Assembly (NCBI GenBank): GCA_051003195.1
Contig: JBPCLP010000028.1
Coordinates: 32,001 to 96,000, forward strand
Length of the DNA stretch: 64,000 bases
From: Candidatus Sumerlaeaceae bacterium
GTDB lineage: Bacteria > Sumerlaeota > Sumerlaeia > Sumerlaeales > Sumerlaeaceae
Direction of reading: 5' to 3'
The position numbers were made by a program, and so were the translations under genes. The notes below the pieces were generated by a model. The model saw only the letters and a program-made list of their open reading frames with translations. It did no database searches and was not told the DNA's origin. Shown piece after piece: positions 19,763 to 29,906 of this stretch (within the stretch, counting starts at the first letter, position 1; each line of letters opens with the position of its first letter).

Positions 19763-19951
19763 GCCTTGGGGCTTCTAGATTCCTTCTGGATAGCGGGTTT
19801 GATACAAAAAACTAAGAAACGCAGCGGTGCATGTTTAGTGCTGTCAACTGTTTTTGTTCAGTTCGAGGCCGTGTTTGCTCCACCTTGGCGGTTCGATTCC
19901 GCCTCCCGGGCACCCCCACGCATAATCCAAATCACGTTTAATGAAGCTAAG

Positions 19952-19984
19952 AAAAAGCCGGGTCTCCACGCAAGCCGACCCGGC
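19952..19984 (-). terminator. intrinsic terminator downstream of the eutN/ccmL-like gene
   Basis: 8-bp stem GCCGGGTC / GACCCGGC preceded on the + strand by AAAAA (U-tract on the - strand). Confidence 0.75.
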
Positions 19985-20010
19985 AATTCACTAGCTTATA
20001 GGTATCCAGA

Positions 20011-20319
20011 TCAGGGGTTTGCGGCCACACTGTTGCCGAATTGCGGCTTGCCGGCGGTTTGCACCCGGTCTACCACACCCATCACAAGCTCCCGAATCGG
20101 AGCTTTCGGAATACCAAATACGTTGGAGGCCAGCCCTGGGGCCGCACCTACCAGAACAATATCCCCCTCACCTGCACCCACGTAATCAATAGCGATCGTA
20201 GATGGACCGCTGGCATTCTGATATAAGTCCAGTTTCTGGACCATGAGTAGCTTCCGGTCCTGATAAGCATCGTGCTTATCAGACGAAACCACGTTACCGA
20301 TTACCTTCCCAAGAAACAT
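20011..20319 (-). CDS. bacterial microcompartment vertex (pentamer) protein, EutN/CcmL family
   Basis: MFLGKVIGNVVSSDK...KLLMVQ...AIDYVGAGEGDIVLV...VMGVVD; GAGG RBS. Confidence 0.93.
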   Translation of the reverse strand: MFLGKVIGNVVSSDKHDAYQDRKLLMVQKLDLYQNASGPSTIAIDYVGAGEGDIVLVGAAPGLASNVFGIPKAPIRELVMGVVDRVQTAGKPQFGNSVAANP

Positions 20320-20564
20320 AAGTCGCTACCTCTCTTTTGGAAGTGCGCGGGAACTCCCCGTGGTACTTCAGGTACACGCAATCTGGCCAGATTATCCGTC
20401 TTATGCGAGATATATATTTTCAGTATTTTCAATGGTGCGGCGCGGCTCTTGCTACGCTTGTACACACCTTTGACGTAGCAAAGCCAAGACTGCCATTCTG
20501 CCACAGAATAAGAGCGGTTTATCTTGTTAAAGATGCAGCATAATAAAAACTGCACAATGAGGAA

Positions 20565-20903
20565 ATGATGAAGAAGGGATCAGGTAAAGGGCGACAGGGA
20601 GCGGGGAGGCCAGCGGGCTCCTCTGGCAGCTCGAAAAATGCAGCCATTACACGAATTCTTGTCGGTGTTCGCATCGAACCGCGCCTGGTCAAAGTGATGA
20701 AAGCCCTTGCGGAGCTGCACGATTGCGCCCTGGGTGAACTTATTGAGATGGTATTCTGGAACTCTATGGACGGCGGCAACTTATTCGCCGAGAAGAATGG
20801 CCGACTTTCCAGCGACACTCGCCAGCAGATTCAGAATCTAAAGCAGGTCTATGGCGTGAACTACAAACTTGATGCCCTGCAAAAGCCGAAATCGCGCGGA
20901 TAA
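20565..20903 (+). CDS. small basic hypothetical protein, ribbon-helix-helix-like
   Basis: Strand LVGVRIE then helices PRLVKVMKALAE and LGELIEM; GAGG RBS. Confidence 0.65.
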   Translation: MMKKGSGKGRQGAGRPAGSSGSSKNAAITRILVGVRIEPRLVKVMKALAELHDCALGELIEMVFWNSMDGGNLFAEKNGRLSSDTRQQIQNLKQVYGVNYKLDALQKPKSRG

Positions 20904-20998
20904 TAGACCTTAAAAGCCTGTCGAGCGTCAGGGTGAAGTCGAGGCCGTCAGCCACCGAAGACAATTGAGTCGCGGGTTTAGCCGCGACTGGATGTGCC

Positions 20999-22441
20999 AT
21001 GGATCTCTTTGAAAGCGAACCGGACGCAAAGCACAGCGCCACGAACAAGGCGAATGCGCCATTATCGGAGCGCATGCGCCCGCGCACGCTGGAGGAATTT
21101 GTAGGCCAGCACGAAGTTCTCGGCCCCGACGCTCCACTGACGCGTCTGATCCAGATGGGCGAGCTGCGGTCGATTGTTCTCTGGGGCCCTCCTGGAACCG
21201 GCAAAACTACGATTGCTGCAATTATCGCCTACCATGTGCGCGCGCATTTTATCACGATCAGCGCAGTAACGGCGTCGATCAAAGATGTAAAAGTCATTAT
21301 GGAAGAAGCACGGCAGAGCCGTCGTGCCGGCAGTGATCGGCGGACCATCTTATTTGTCGACGAGATTCACCGTTTTAACAAAGCCCAGCAGGACGCGTTT
21401 CTTCCCTTTATCGAGGAAGGCTCCATTGTTCTGATTGGAGCCACAACGGAGAATCCGTCGTTCAGCCTTGTTTCCGCACTGCTCTCGCGCTGCCGCGTTT
21501 TCATCCTGAAGGGACTCAGCGAACCCGAGATTATTACCATCCTGCAACGCGCGCTTTCGGACGAAGAGCGCGGTTTGGGTGCACAGCATGCACATGTTTC
21601 GGATGAGATTTTACAGCAAATGGCGCGACTCTCCGATGGAGACGCGCGGCGCGCATTAAATCTCCTCGAACTGGCGGTGCAGATTGCTCCGCGAGGTCCC
21701 CGTGAAGAGGGTCCGACCATCGATGCCGAAGCTCTACGCTTAGTACTGCAACGCCAGCACCTCATCTATGACAAGACAGGTGAGGAACATTACAATACCA
21801 TCAGTGCGCTGCACAAGGCGATGCGCTCCAGCGACGTGCAGGCCGCCGTCTACTGGACCGGCCGCATGCTGGTTTCGGGCGAGGACCCGCTTTACCTGGC
21901 CCGCCGCATGATACGTTTTGCGAGCGAAGACATTGGTAACGCCGACCCGCAGGCTCTGCCGCTGGCCCTTGCTGCGCGTGAGGCTTTCCGGGTTTTAGGC
22001 TCCCCGGAAGGTGAATTGGCATTATTTCAACTCGCTGCCTACCTTGCAACTGCCCCAAAGAGCAACGCGAGCTATGCAGCAGAAAAAAAAGTGCGACGCG
22101 AGATTGAAGCGACCGGAAGTCTGCCTGTTCCGCTGCACATACGAAATGCACCGACGTCTCTTATGAAGCAGATCGGCTACGCGAGCGGCTATCAATATGA
22201 TCATCAATTCGAAGGCGGCTTTTCTGGACAGGACTGCCTTCCGGGAGGCGTAGCCGAGCGGGTATTCTATGAGCCGGCACCCTATGGCTTTGAGCGCGAT
22301 ATTCAAAAGCGAATTGAATGGTGGGAGAAGCGCCGCGCCGAACTGCGTGACATGCAACCTGAGCGGGAGGAGATGAAAACCGAGGTCCCGCCTGCGAGAG
22401 AAAGTAAGCAACCACCCAAACGGAAAAAGAGCCGCAGCTAA
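20999..22441 (+). CDS. rarA: replication-associated recombination protein A (AAA+)
   Basis: PLSERMRP, GPPGTGKT, FVDEIHRFNKAQQD, GATTENP, ISALHKAMR, ASEDIGNADP. Confidence 0.97.
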   Translation: MDLFESEPDAKHSATNKANAPLSERMRPRTLEEFVGQHEVLGPDAPLTRLIQMGELRSIVLWGPPGTGKTTIAAIIAYHVRAHFITISAVTASIKDVKVIMEEARQSRRAGSDRRTILFVDEIHRFNKAQQDAFLPFIEEGSIVLIGATTENPSFSLVSALLSRCRVFILKGLSEPEIITILQRALSDEERGLGAQHAHVSDEILQQMARLSDGDARRALNLLELAVQIAPRGPREEGPTIDAEALRLVLQRQHLIYDKTGEEHYNTISALHKAMRSSDVQAAVYWTGRMLVSGEDPLYLARRMIRFASEDIGNADPQALPLALAAREAFRVLGSPEGELALFQLAAYLATAPKSNASYAAEKKVRREIEATGSLPVPLHIRNAPTSLMKQIGYASGYQYDHQFEGGFSGQDCLPGGVAERVFYEPAPYGFERDIQKRIEWWEKRRAELRDMQPEREEMKTEVPPARESKQPPKRKKSRS

Positions 22442-22680
22442 ATCGCCACGTAATTCGGGTGCTGAAGCTGGATGATGCTTTCGCTAAGCGATTAAACGCA
22501 TATTGTTCGAGATCAGTACATGGGTTTACTCAATACTGAAAGTGACTTGGGCTAACGATGGGTTAGTGGTTGACCTTGAACGCCCCTGGCATAACTCGGA
22601 CTAGCGAAACTGAAATCGGTTGCGTTCAAATTCGACATTACGCTTTCAGCTAAGCCTGTTTCATATATTGGGGGGATCGT

Positions 22681-23454
22681 ATGCTCAGCCAGGAACAAAT
22701 CAATTTCTACCGTGAGAACGGTTATCTGCTGGTGAAGGGCCTTTTCTCGAAAGAGGAGGCCAGGTCATTTCGTGCGGAAGCCCACGGGATCGTAGAGCGC
22801 ATGACAAAACGCGGCACTGACATTGATGCGACCTGGGGCTCCGCCAGGGAAGCCGGCGGCGAACGTGGTACAACCCAGATCCTGCATTGCCACGACGCGC
22901 AGTTTCAGTCGGCTGCATTCTCGCGCATGATCGTTGACCCAAGGTTTTGTGAGGCGGCCAGCGAAGTCATGGGTACTCCCAATATCGAGCTGCATCACAC
23001 CAAAATGTTTATTAAGCCTCCCGAAAATGGCAGTCCGTTCCCCATGCACCAGGACTACCATTATTTCCCGCACGCCAAAAATTCGATGATCGCTGCGATC
23101 ATACACCTGGATGATGCGCCGCTGGAAAAGGGGTGCCTGCGCGTTTACCCGGGCAGCCATAAGCTCGGACCACTCGACCAGAATCCAGATGGAGGCTGGC
23201 ATTTACCGGCAGAGAAGTATTCGCTGGAAGCTGCAACTCCGCTGCCGGGGGAAGCAGGAGATGTCATTTTCTTCAGCTATTTGACCATTCATGGTTCCGG
23301 ACTGAACGTCAGTCCCGAACACCGGACGACCATTCTGGTGCAGATGCGTGAAGCCGGCGATGAACCCACCGTGGAGACGCACCGGTCGCGTGGGCAGGGA
23401 ATGATGCTACACGGAATCCATCCCACTGCATCACCTTACATGGAACACGGATGA
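22681..23454 (+). CDS. phytanoyl-CoA dioxygenase (PhyH) family 2OG-Fe(II) oxygenase
   Basis: FYRENGY, HQD iron motif, GCLRVYPGSH, HGS...N...R. Confidence 0.9.
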   Translation: MLSQEQINFYRENGYLLVKGLFSKEEARSFRAEAHGIVERMTKRGTDIDATWGSAREAGGERGTTQILHCHDAQFQSAAFSRMIVDPRFCEAASEVMGTPNIELHHTKMFIKPPENGSPFPMHQDYHYFPHAKNSMIAAIIHLDDAPLEKGCLRVYPGSHKLGPLDQNPDGGWHLPAEKYSLEAATPLPGEAGDVIFFSYLTIHGSGLNVSPEHRTTILVQMREAGDEPTVETHRSRGQGMMLHGIHPTASPYMEHG

Positions 23455-23888
23455 ACCGCGTAGCAACTTTGGTGGAGTGGGGCTGTATTGCGGTATGTGC
23501 GGCTCTGGTATGGTTCCTGGAGCCTCTCTTCCCACGGATGCTCCCAGCCGGGGAAATCCTGTTATATGGATCAGCACTGCTGTTGTTCCAGGGGCTGTTA
23601 CGCGATTTGTACCTGATGTACATGGTGCCAAAGCCAGTCACCTGCCAGATCAAAAGTCACAGTCGCTGCCTCTGCATGGAATCTGCAATTGGCAGCATTG
23701 GAGTAGTTGCCGGCGTAGCGATGCTCGTCGCAATGGGAATGAACCGGCGCGTACATTTGCCAGCGTATGCCTGGCCGTTGCTGGTGTTGCTGATAGGCAC
23801 GGTCGGTTTTTCTTTACGAGAATTCGTGATCGACTGGAAAGCGCGGCAACTTCAACGTGGCATGGACCACCGCGTCGAGCGGGCCTAG
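23451..23888 (+). CDS. small 4-TM membrane protein
   Basis: Four hydrophobic segments, LFQGLLRDL and CLCMES motifs; ATGA overlap with the upstream gene. Confidence 0.7.
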   Translation: MNRVATLVEWGCIAVCAALVWFLEPLFPRMLPAGEILLYGSALLLFQGLLRDLYLMYMVPKPVTCQIKSHSRCLCMESAIGSIGVVAGVAMLVAMGMNRRVHLPAYAWPLLVLLIGTVGFSLREFVIDWKARQLQRGMDHRVERA

Positions 23889-24340
23889 CCCGTTCGCGTG
23901 ATCGTCATTTCTCGGTTTTCTGCCGGAGTGACGTAATACACCTCGTCAAATGCCTCCTCGGGCTGCGGCGGACGCAGTTTGCTGGCGGATACGTAGATGG
24001 CCACATCTGGCACGCGTGCTTTCCCGGCCCGTCGGTGATTGCGCCTCACGCATTCGACTTTGGGCGTGTTGAAGAAGTAAGCAATCAGCGTCGCGCCATG
24101 TGCTCTGCCGATTTCCAGGAGCGCAGCACGCGACGCAACCGACGGATTCGTATTGTCGATCACCACGCTTCGCCCCTGCTGCAGCGCATCGGTTGCGAGT
24201 TGCTGCTGTCGCCGTTCAGGACGGCGGTTGTTCGGCATTCGGTCTTTGCTGATGTGAAAATGGGTATCAGCAAACATGCGCTCATAAAACGTTGTCTTCC
24301 CCGATCCTGGTAATCCGATAAATACTACCAACTCAGCCAT
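23885..24340 (-). CDS. P-loop kinase (AAA_33 / polynucleotide-kinase-like)
   Basis: GLPGSGKTT, VVIDNTN, CVRRNHRR, PQPEEAFD. Confidence 0.88.
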   Translation of the reverse strand: MAELVVFIGLPGSGKTTFYERMFADTHFHISKDRMPNNRRPERRQQQLATDALQQGRSVVIDNTNPSVASRAALLEIGRAHGATLIAYFFNTPKVECVRRNHRRAGKARVPDVAIYVSASKLRPPQPEEAFDEVYYVTPAENREMTITRTG

Positions 24341-24515
24341 TTCCTAACCCCCGGGCCATCAATCATGTTCTCATCCCAGTCCACGCAATGGCATACCGTT
24401 CGCATAATGTTTGTGCCTGCGGAAATTCTGTCACCGTTTACTGCGCTTTGTATCCGTTGACCCGCACTTTCCCGACACTACATCTCGAAAACTATAAAGA
24501 ATATTAATCCCACCG

Positions 24516-26972
24516 ATGCCAGCTAACCCACGCTACCTTTGCATTCATGGACATTTTTATCAGCCGCCGCGTGAAAACCCGTGGCTTGAGGCTATTGAGC
24601 TCCAGGATAGCGCGAAGCCATTCCACGATTGGAACGAACGCATTAATGCTGAGTGCTACGCTCCGAATTCGGCGGCCCGCATCCAGGACCACGAGGGGCA
24701 CATTCTTGGAATCATTAATAATTATGCCCGTATCAGTTTTAATTTTGGACCAACGCTTCTGAGTTGGATGGAGCATGGCGCTCCCGATGTCTATCGGGCC
24801 ATCCTTGAGGCTGACAAAGACAGTTCACAACGATTCGGTGGCCACGGCTCTGCACTTGCTCAAGTGTACAACCACGTGATACTGCCTCTCGCAAACGCCC
24901 GCGATAAAAGAACCCAGGTCATCTGGGGAATACGCGATTTCGAAAAACGTTTCCAGCGTAAGCCTGAAGGAATGTGGCTGGCCGAGGCGGCAGTGGACAC
25001 GGAAAGCCTGGAAGTGCTTGCGGATCATGGGATTAAGTTTACGGTGCTGGCGCCAGGCCAGGCCGTCAGGGTGCGGCCGCTTGCCGCAAACGCCCGTGAT
25101 GTTCCGGACATTGGCTGGGAGGATGTAAGCGGTGGCCGCGTGGATCCGGCGCGCGCATATCAGTGCAATCTGCCGAGCGGCCGCTCGCTCGCAGTGTTTT
25201 TCTACGATGGACCTATTTCCCAGGCGGTTGCGTTTGAAGGACTGCTGCGAAGTGGTAAGAAATTCGCCGGACGGCTGCTGTCGGGGTTCTCTGAGGAACG
25301 AAAATACCCGCAGTTATTGCACATATCAACCGACGGCGAAACTTATGGGCACCACCACAAGTTTGGCGATATGGCGCTGGCGTATGCCTTGCATCACATC
25401 GAATCCAATGATCTCGCACGCCTCACTGTCTATGGCGAGTATCTTGAACGTCACCCGCCGCAGTGGGAAGCTCGCATTCACGAAGAGTCGAGCTGGAGCT
25501 GCGCGCATGGTATAGAGCGCTGGCGAAGCGACTGTGGCTGCAGCAGTGGCAGCGCCGGATGGAACCAGATGTGGCGTGGTTCTCTCCGGGAAGCTTTCGA
25601 TTGGCTTCGCGACTCTGTAGCCCCGCTTTTTGAGAAGTCGGGAGCTGCTCTGTTTTGCAATCCGTGGGACGCGCGCGACGCGTACATTGATGTGTTGCTG
25701 GCGCGCGATGATTCTTCAATCGAGAAGTTCCTATCAGCGCATGTGTCGGCCCCGCTCGATGACGCCCTTACGGTTCGTGCCTTGAAATTAATGGAGCTGC
25801 AACGCCACGCAATGCTGATGTACACAAGCTGCGGCTGGTTTTTTGACGAGCTGTCCGGCATAGAAACCGTGCAGGTCATTCAGTACGGTGGACGAGTCGT
25901 ACAGCTGGCCGAGGAACTGTTCGGTGTGCAATTGGAGGAAGAATTTAAGCGGAGACTGGAAAAGGCCAAAAGCAATATTGTGGAACACTGCGACGGGAAA
26001 TGCATCTACGAAAAGTACGTGAAGCCCGCGATGGTCGACCTGACTCGCGTCGGCGCTCACTATGCAGTCAGCAGCTTGTTCCATGCGGCCGGCGAGCGGA
26101 GCGAAATCTTTGCCTTCGATGTTGAACGCGACGATATGCGCCTGTTCGAAGCCGGGCATGCCCGGTTCGCCGTTGGCAAAGCACGCATAACAAGTCATGT
26201 CACGCGCGAGACCGGGAGATTCACTTATTCGGTTCTGCATTTCGGCGACCACAATCTCACCGCAGGCGTGCGCGGCCCGATCTCTGAAGAAGCGTACGAG
26301 GATTTTATCAGGGAATCCGGGGGTGCTTTTCTCAAGGCAGACCTGCCAGAAGTGATCCGTATTCTCGACAGGCAGTTCTACGGTCTGACATTCTCGCTGG
26401 CTTCCCTGTTCAAGGATGAGCAGCGGAAAATCCTGGATGAGATTCTCACTTCCACACTTGAGCAGGCAAGCTCAACGCTTCGTCTGGTGTTCGAGCATCA
26501 CGCCCCCCTTATGAACTTTCTTGGCGCTCTCGGGGTGCCTCAACCGCAGGTGCTGCGATCTGCAGGGCAGTTTGTCCTCGGCGCAGAACTGCGTGAACTT
26601 ATCGAAGCGGGAGTGCGCGACACTATCCGCATACGTGCTCTTCTGTCCGATGCAAAACTCTGGGATCTAAGCCTCGCCGCCGAAGGAGTGGAGCTCGCGC
26701 TGAACCGTGCAATTGTGCGACGGGCGGAGGAATGGGACGCAAGCCGAACTGCACTGGAACCCATGGAGGCCGTTCTCGTGCTTGTGGAAATCGCCCGCGA
26801 AATGCCGTTTGCCGTTAATTTCTGGCGTGCGCAGAATGTCTTTTATGATGTGCTGCAGGAAACCTTGCCTGAAGTTCGCAAACGTGAACGAACCGGCGAT
26901 AAGGCGGCCCAGGAATGGCTCGAAGTATTTAGCCGGCTGGGTGCGGGAATGAAGGTGAAGATTGAGCGGTGA
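24516..26972 (+). CDS. GH57 family glycoside hydrolase with DUF3536 domain
   Basis: HGHFYQPPRENPW, SFNFGPTL, YNHVILPL, GMWLAE, TDGETYGHH, SWSCAHG, MYTSCGWFFD. Confidence 0.92.
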   Translation: MPANPRYLCIHGHFYQPPRENPWLEAIELQDSAKPFHDWNERINAECYAPNSAARIQDHEGHILGIINNYARISFNFGPTLLSWMEHGAPDVYRAILEADKDSSQRFGGHGSALAQVYNHVILPLANARDKRTQVIWGIRDFEKRFQRKPEGMWLAEAAVDTESLEVLADHGIKFTVLAPGQAVRVRPLAANARDVPDIGWEDVSGGRVDPARAYQCNLPSGRSLAVFFYDGPISQAVAFEGLLRSGKKFAGRLLSGFSEERKYPQLLHISTDGETYGHHHKFGDMALAYALHHIESNDLARLTVYGEYLERHPPQWEARIHEESSWSCAHGIERWRSDCGCSSGSAGWNQMWRGSLREAFDWLRDSVAPLFEKSGAALFCNPWDARDAYIDVLLARDDSSIEKFLSAHVSAPLDDALTVRALKLMELQRHAMLMYTSCGWFFDELSGIETVQVIQYGGRVVQLAEELFGVQLEEEFKRRLEKAKSNIVEHCDGKCIYEKYVKPAMVDLTRVGAHYAVSSLFHAAGERSEIFAFDVERDDMRLFEAGHARFAVGKARITSHVTRETGRFTYSVLHFGDHNLTAGVRGPISEEAYEDFIRESGGAFLKADLPEVIRILDRQFYGLTFSLASLFKDEQRKILDEILTSTLEQASSTLRLVFEHHAPLMNFLGALGVPQPQVLRSAGQFVLGAELRELIEAGVRDTIRIRALLSDAKLWDLSLAAEGVELALNRAIVRRAEEWDASRTALEPMEAVLVLVEIAREMPFAVNFWRAQNVFYDVLQETLPEVRKRERTGDKAAQEWLEVFSRLGAGMKVKIER

Positions 26973-27011
26973 ACACCGCGCATTGTGCGCGACGGTTCTG
27001 TGGCGATTTTC

Positions 27012-29906
27012 ATGAACGAACGCATTCCATCTTCGACTTACCGCCTGCAACTGCATGGAGCATTCAGGTTTGAAGACGCTGCGCGCATCGTTCCCTATCT
27101 CCAACGCCTTGGTATCAGCGATGTATATTCATCCCCGATCGCGAGCGCGTGCCCAGGCAGCATGCATGGATATGATGTCGTCGACCCCGCAACGGTTAAT
27201 CCGGAACTCGGAGGCCACGAGGGCCTGCACTCGCTTAGTAGCACGCTGCGCGAACGTGATATGGGCCTGGTAGTCGATATCGTTCCAAATCACATGGGCG
27301 TGCACGAAGCCAACCGGTGGTGGTGGGAAGTGCTCGAAAATGGGCCTGGATCTCAGTATGCCGATTACTTCGATATCGATTGGCATCCGCCCAAGGAAGA
27401 GCTTCGGGATCGTGTGCAAATTGCGACTTTAGGCCAGCAGTTCGGAGCATGCCTGGAATCAGGCGAGCTCAAGGTGGAGTTCACGGAAGAGGGTACATTT
27501 ATCGTCCGCTACTACGATAAAGTTTTTCCGACTGCCCCACGGACATGGACGACACTTCTGCTGCGTGCTCTGGAACCCCTGAAAGAATCGTTAGGTGGGA
27601 GCACGGAGCCCGATTACCTGATAGAGTTTCAAAGCATAATCACGGCACTCCATAACTTGCCGCTGCGTGAAGACACGGACCCGGAAAAAATCATTGAGCG
27701 GCAACGCGAAAAGGAAGTCACGAAGCGCAGGCTGCGTGCATTGGTCGAGGCCTGTCCGAATGTGCCTGATTCCATCAATAAGGTCATATCCGCACTGAAC
27801 GGCCAGCCCGGCGAGCCCGCGAGTTTTGATGCGCTCGAGCTGTTTTTAAAAGGCCAGGCCTACAGGCTTTCGTTCTGGAGAACGGCTCCCGATGAAATTA
27901 ATTACCGCCGTTTTTTCGACGTCAACGACCTGGCGGCCATTCGCGTGGAGTCGCCTGCGGTTTTTAAGGCGGTGCACTCCCTGCTGTTTCGCCTGGTGCA
28001 GGAAGGACATGTGACTGGCGTGCGTGTCGACCACCCTGACGGCCTGTTTAACCCACCGCAGTACTTCTCAAATCTTCAGCACGCGTGCTTCCTTGCTCTT
28101 TCGAACAGGAAGATGAGCACCAGCGAGTTTCCGTCGCACGAACGTGATTGCGCGATTTGGATTGTTGCGGAGAAAATCCTGGGTCTGGAGGAGCGCCTTC
28201 GACCAGACTGGCTGGTTCATGGGACCACCGGCTACGATTACCTGAACATCGTGAACCGGTTGTTTATCGCACCGCAGGCGGAGCGGCCGCTGGTTCGGCT
28301 CTATACGAAGTTTACGGGTAGCAGGGTCGTCTTTAAGAACTTGATGAACGAGTGCAAAAAACTGATCCTCGACGTATCAATGTCCGGCGAAATGCTGGTG
28401 CTCGCGCGGCGGCTGGATAAGATTTCCGAACAGCACCGGCGAACCAGGGATTTTACGCTCGAGAGCCTGCGCGAGGCGCTGGCCGAAGTAATTGCGGGTT
28501 TCCCTGTCTATCGGAGCTACATTCGTCCTGATTCCACGGAAGTGGATCAAGACGATAGGCGCCACATCCTGGTGGCGTTGCGGCTCGCGAAACGTCGCAA
28601 CCCGTCCGTAGACCCGACCATCTATGATTTTATCGGGTCCGTCCTGCTGCTTGAGGACCCCGACGGACTTACCGCTGAGCATAAGATGCAGCGACGCGAT
28701 TTCGTGCTGCGTCTGCAGCAGTTTACGGGCCCTGTGATGGCAAAGGGAATGGAAGACACTGCCTTCTACCGCGAATTTCCGCTGCTTTCATTGAACGAGG
28801 TTGGCGGCCAGCCAGACCGTTTTGCGTTACCCCCGGAAGAGTACCACCGACGCTGCATGGAGCAACTGGAGAACTGGCCGTATACGATGCTGGGGACTTC
28901 CACCCACGACACGAAACGGAGCGAGGATGTTCGTGCCCGCATCAACGTACTAAGCGAGCGGCCACGCGAGTGGGAGAAGGCGGTGTTCAGGTGGCGTCAG
29001 CTCAATCGCAAGCACAAGCGGCAGGTCGAGGGGTTCCATGTTCCGACGGCTAACGAGGAGTATTTACTTTATCAGACCCTCGTGGGCATATGGCCTTTTG
29101 TTGAACGCGACAAAGCGGGATTGGTAGACCGGCTGCAGCAGTATATGATTAAAGCATTACGGGAAGCAAAAGTACACACCAGTTGGGTCAATGTAAACTC
29201 CGCACACGAAAATGCCGTCGAGCATTTCATCGCGATGATCCTGAATCCCAGGAAGTCGGTCAAATTTCTATCGGCTTTTGAGGAGTTTCACCAGCTCATC
29301 GCCCACCTTGGAGCCCTTAATTCCTTGTCGCAACTCCTGTTGAAAGCTACGTCGCCGGGAGTACCTGATTTTTATCAGGGTAACGAACTCTGGGAGTTTT
29401 CCCTGGTGGATCCTGACAATCGCCGTGCAGTCGACTACGAGCACCGGGCGGAATTACTTGAATCACTTCAGTCGCAGCAACTCGGGCAAGACCTGATCTC
29501 CGGGCTGACACATAGCTGGAGCGACGGGCGAATCAAAATGCATGTAACGCAGCGCGCATTAAACTTCCGTCGCGAACATCCCGCCCTATACAATGTTGGC
29601 AGCTATTCGCCTGTGAATGTTATAGGACCTCTCACCGAACACGTGGTTGCATTCATACGTACGCACGAGCGTGCCAGCGCCATCACTGTAGTTCCGCGCC
29701 TGTTGGGAATCGCGGGACTTCCGCCCGCAACCCTCGTTGCAGATGGATTTTGGGCCGATACAAAACTTCGGCTTCCGAACGGATCTGCCCCGCACTGGCG
29801 AAACGAGATGACTGGTGAGATTCTTCACGTGGAATCGGGAGAGCTTCTATTGCCGCTCAGTTTCCTTGAGCGATTCCCGGTTGGTCTGCTTTCCAATGAG
29901 TCCTAA
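27012..29906 (+). CDS. treY: malto-oligosyltrehalose synthase
   Basis: STYRLQL, HGYDVVD, DIVPNHM, NYRRFFDVNDL, RVDHPDGL, EKIL, GTTGY, KGMEDTAFYR, STHDTKRSEDVRAR, PGVPDFYQG. Confidence 0.96.
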   Translation: MNERIPSSTYRLQLHGAFRFEDAARIVPYLQRLGISDVYSSPIASACPGSMHGYDVVDPATVNPELGGHEGLHSLSSTLRERDMGLVVDIVPNHMGVHEANRWWWEVLENGPGSQYADYFDIDWHPPKEELRDRVQIATLGQQFGACLESGELKVEFTEEGTFIVRYYDKVFPTAPRTWTTLLLRALEPLKESLGGSTEPDYLIEFQSIITALHNLPLREDTDPEKIIERQREKEVTKRRLRALVEACPNVPDSINKVISALNGQPGEPASFDALELFLKGQAYRLSFWRTAPDEINYRRFFDVNDLAAIRVESPAVFKAVHSLLFRLVQEGHVTGVRVDHPDGLFNPPQYFSNLQHACFLALSNRKMSTSEFPSHERDCAIWIVAEKILGLEERLRPDWLVHGTTGYDYLNIVNRLFIAPQAERPLVRLYTKFTGSRVVFKNLMNECKKLILDVSMSGEMLVLARRLDKISEQHRRTRDFTLESLREALAEVIAGFPVYRSYIRPDSTEVDQDDRRHILVALRLAKRRNPSVDPTIYDFIGSVLLLEDPDGLTAEHKMQRRDFVLRLQQFTGPVMAKGMEDTAFYREFPLLSLNEVGGQPDRFALPPEEYHRRCMEQLENWPYTMLGTSTHDTKRSEDVRARINVLSERPREWEKAVFRWRQLNRKHKRQVEGFHVPTANEEYLLYQTLVGIWPFVERDKAGLVDRLQQYMIKALREAKVHTSWVNVNSAHENAVEHFIAMILNPRKSVKFLSAFEEFHQLIAHLGALNSLSQLLLKATSPGVPDFYQGNELWEFSLVDPDNRRAVDYEHRAELLESLQSQQLGQDLISGLTHSWSDGRIKMHVTQRALNFRREHPALYNVGSYSPVNVIGPLTEHVVAFIRTHERASAITVVPRLLGIAGLPPATLVADGFWADTKLRLPNGSAPHWRNEMTGEILHVESGELLLPLSFLERFPVGLLSNES

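Noticed and set aside
22442..22680. Riboswitch or LacI-type operators upstream of the PhyH gene
   Set aside because: Only weak half-sites (TGAAATCGGTTGC, TTACGCTTTCA) and no recognisable aptamer.
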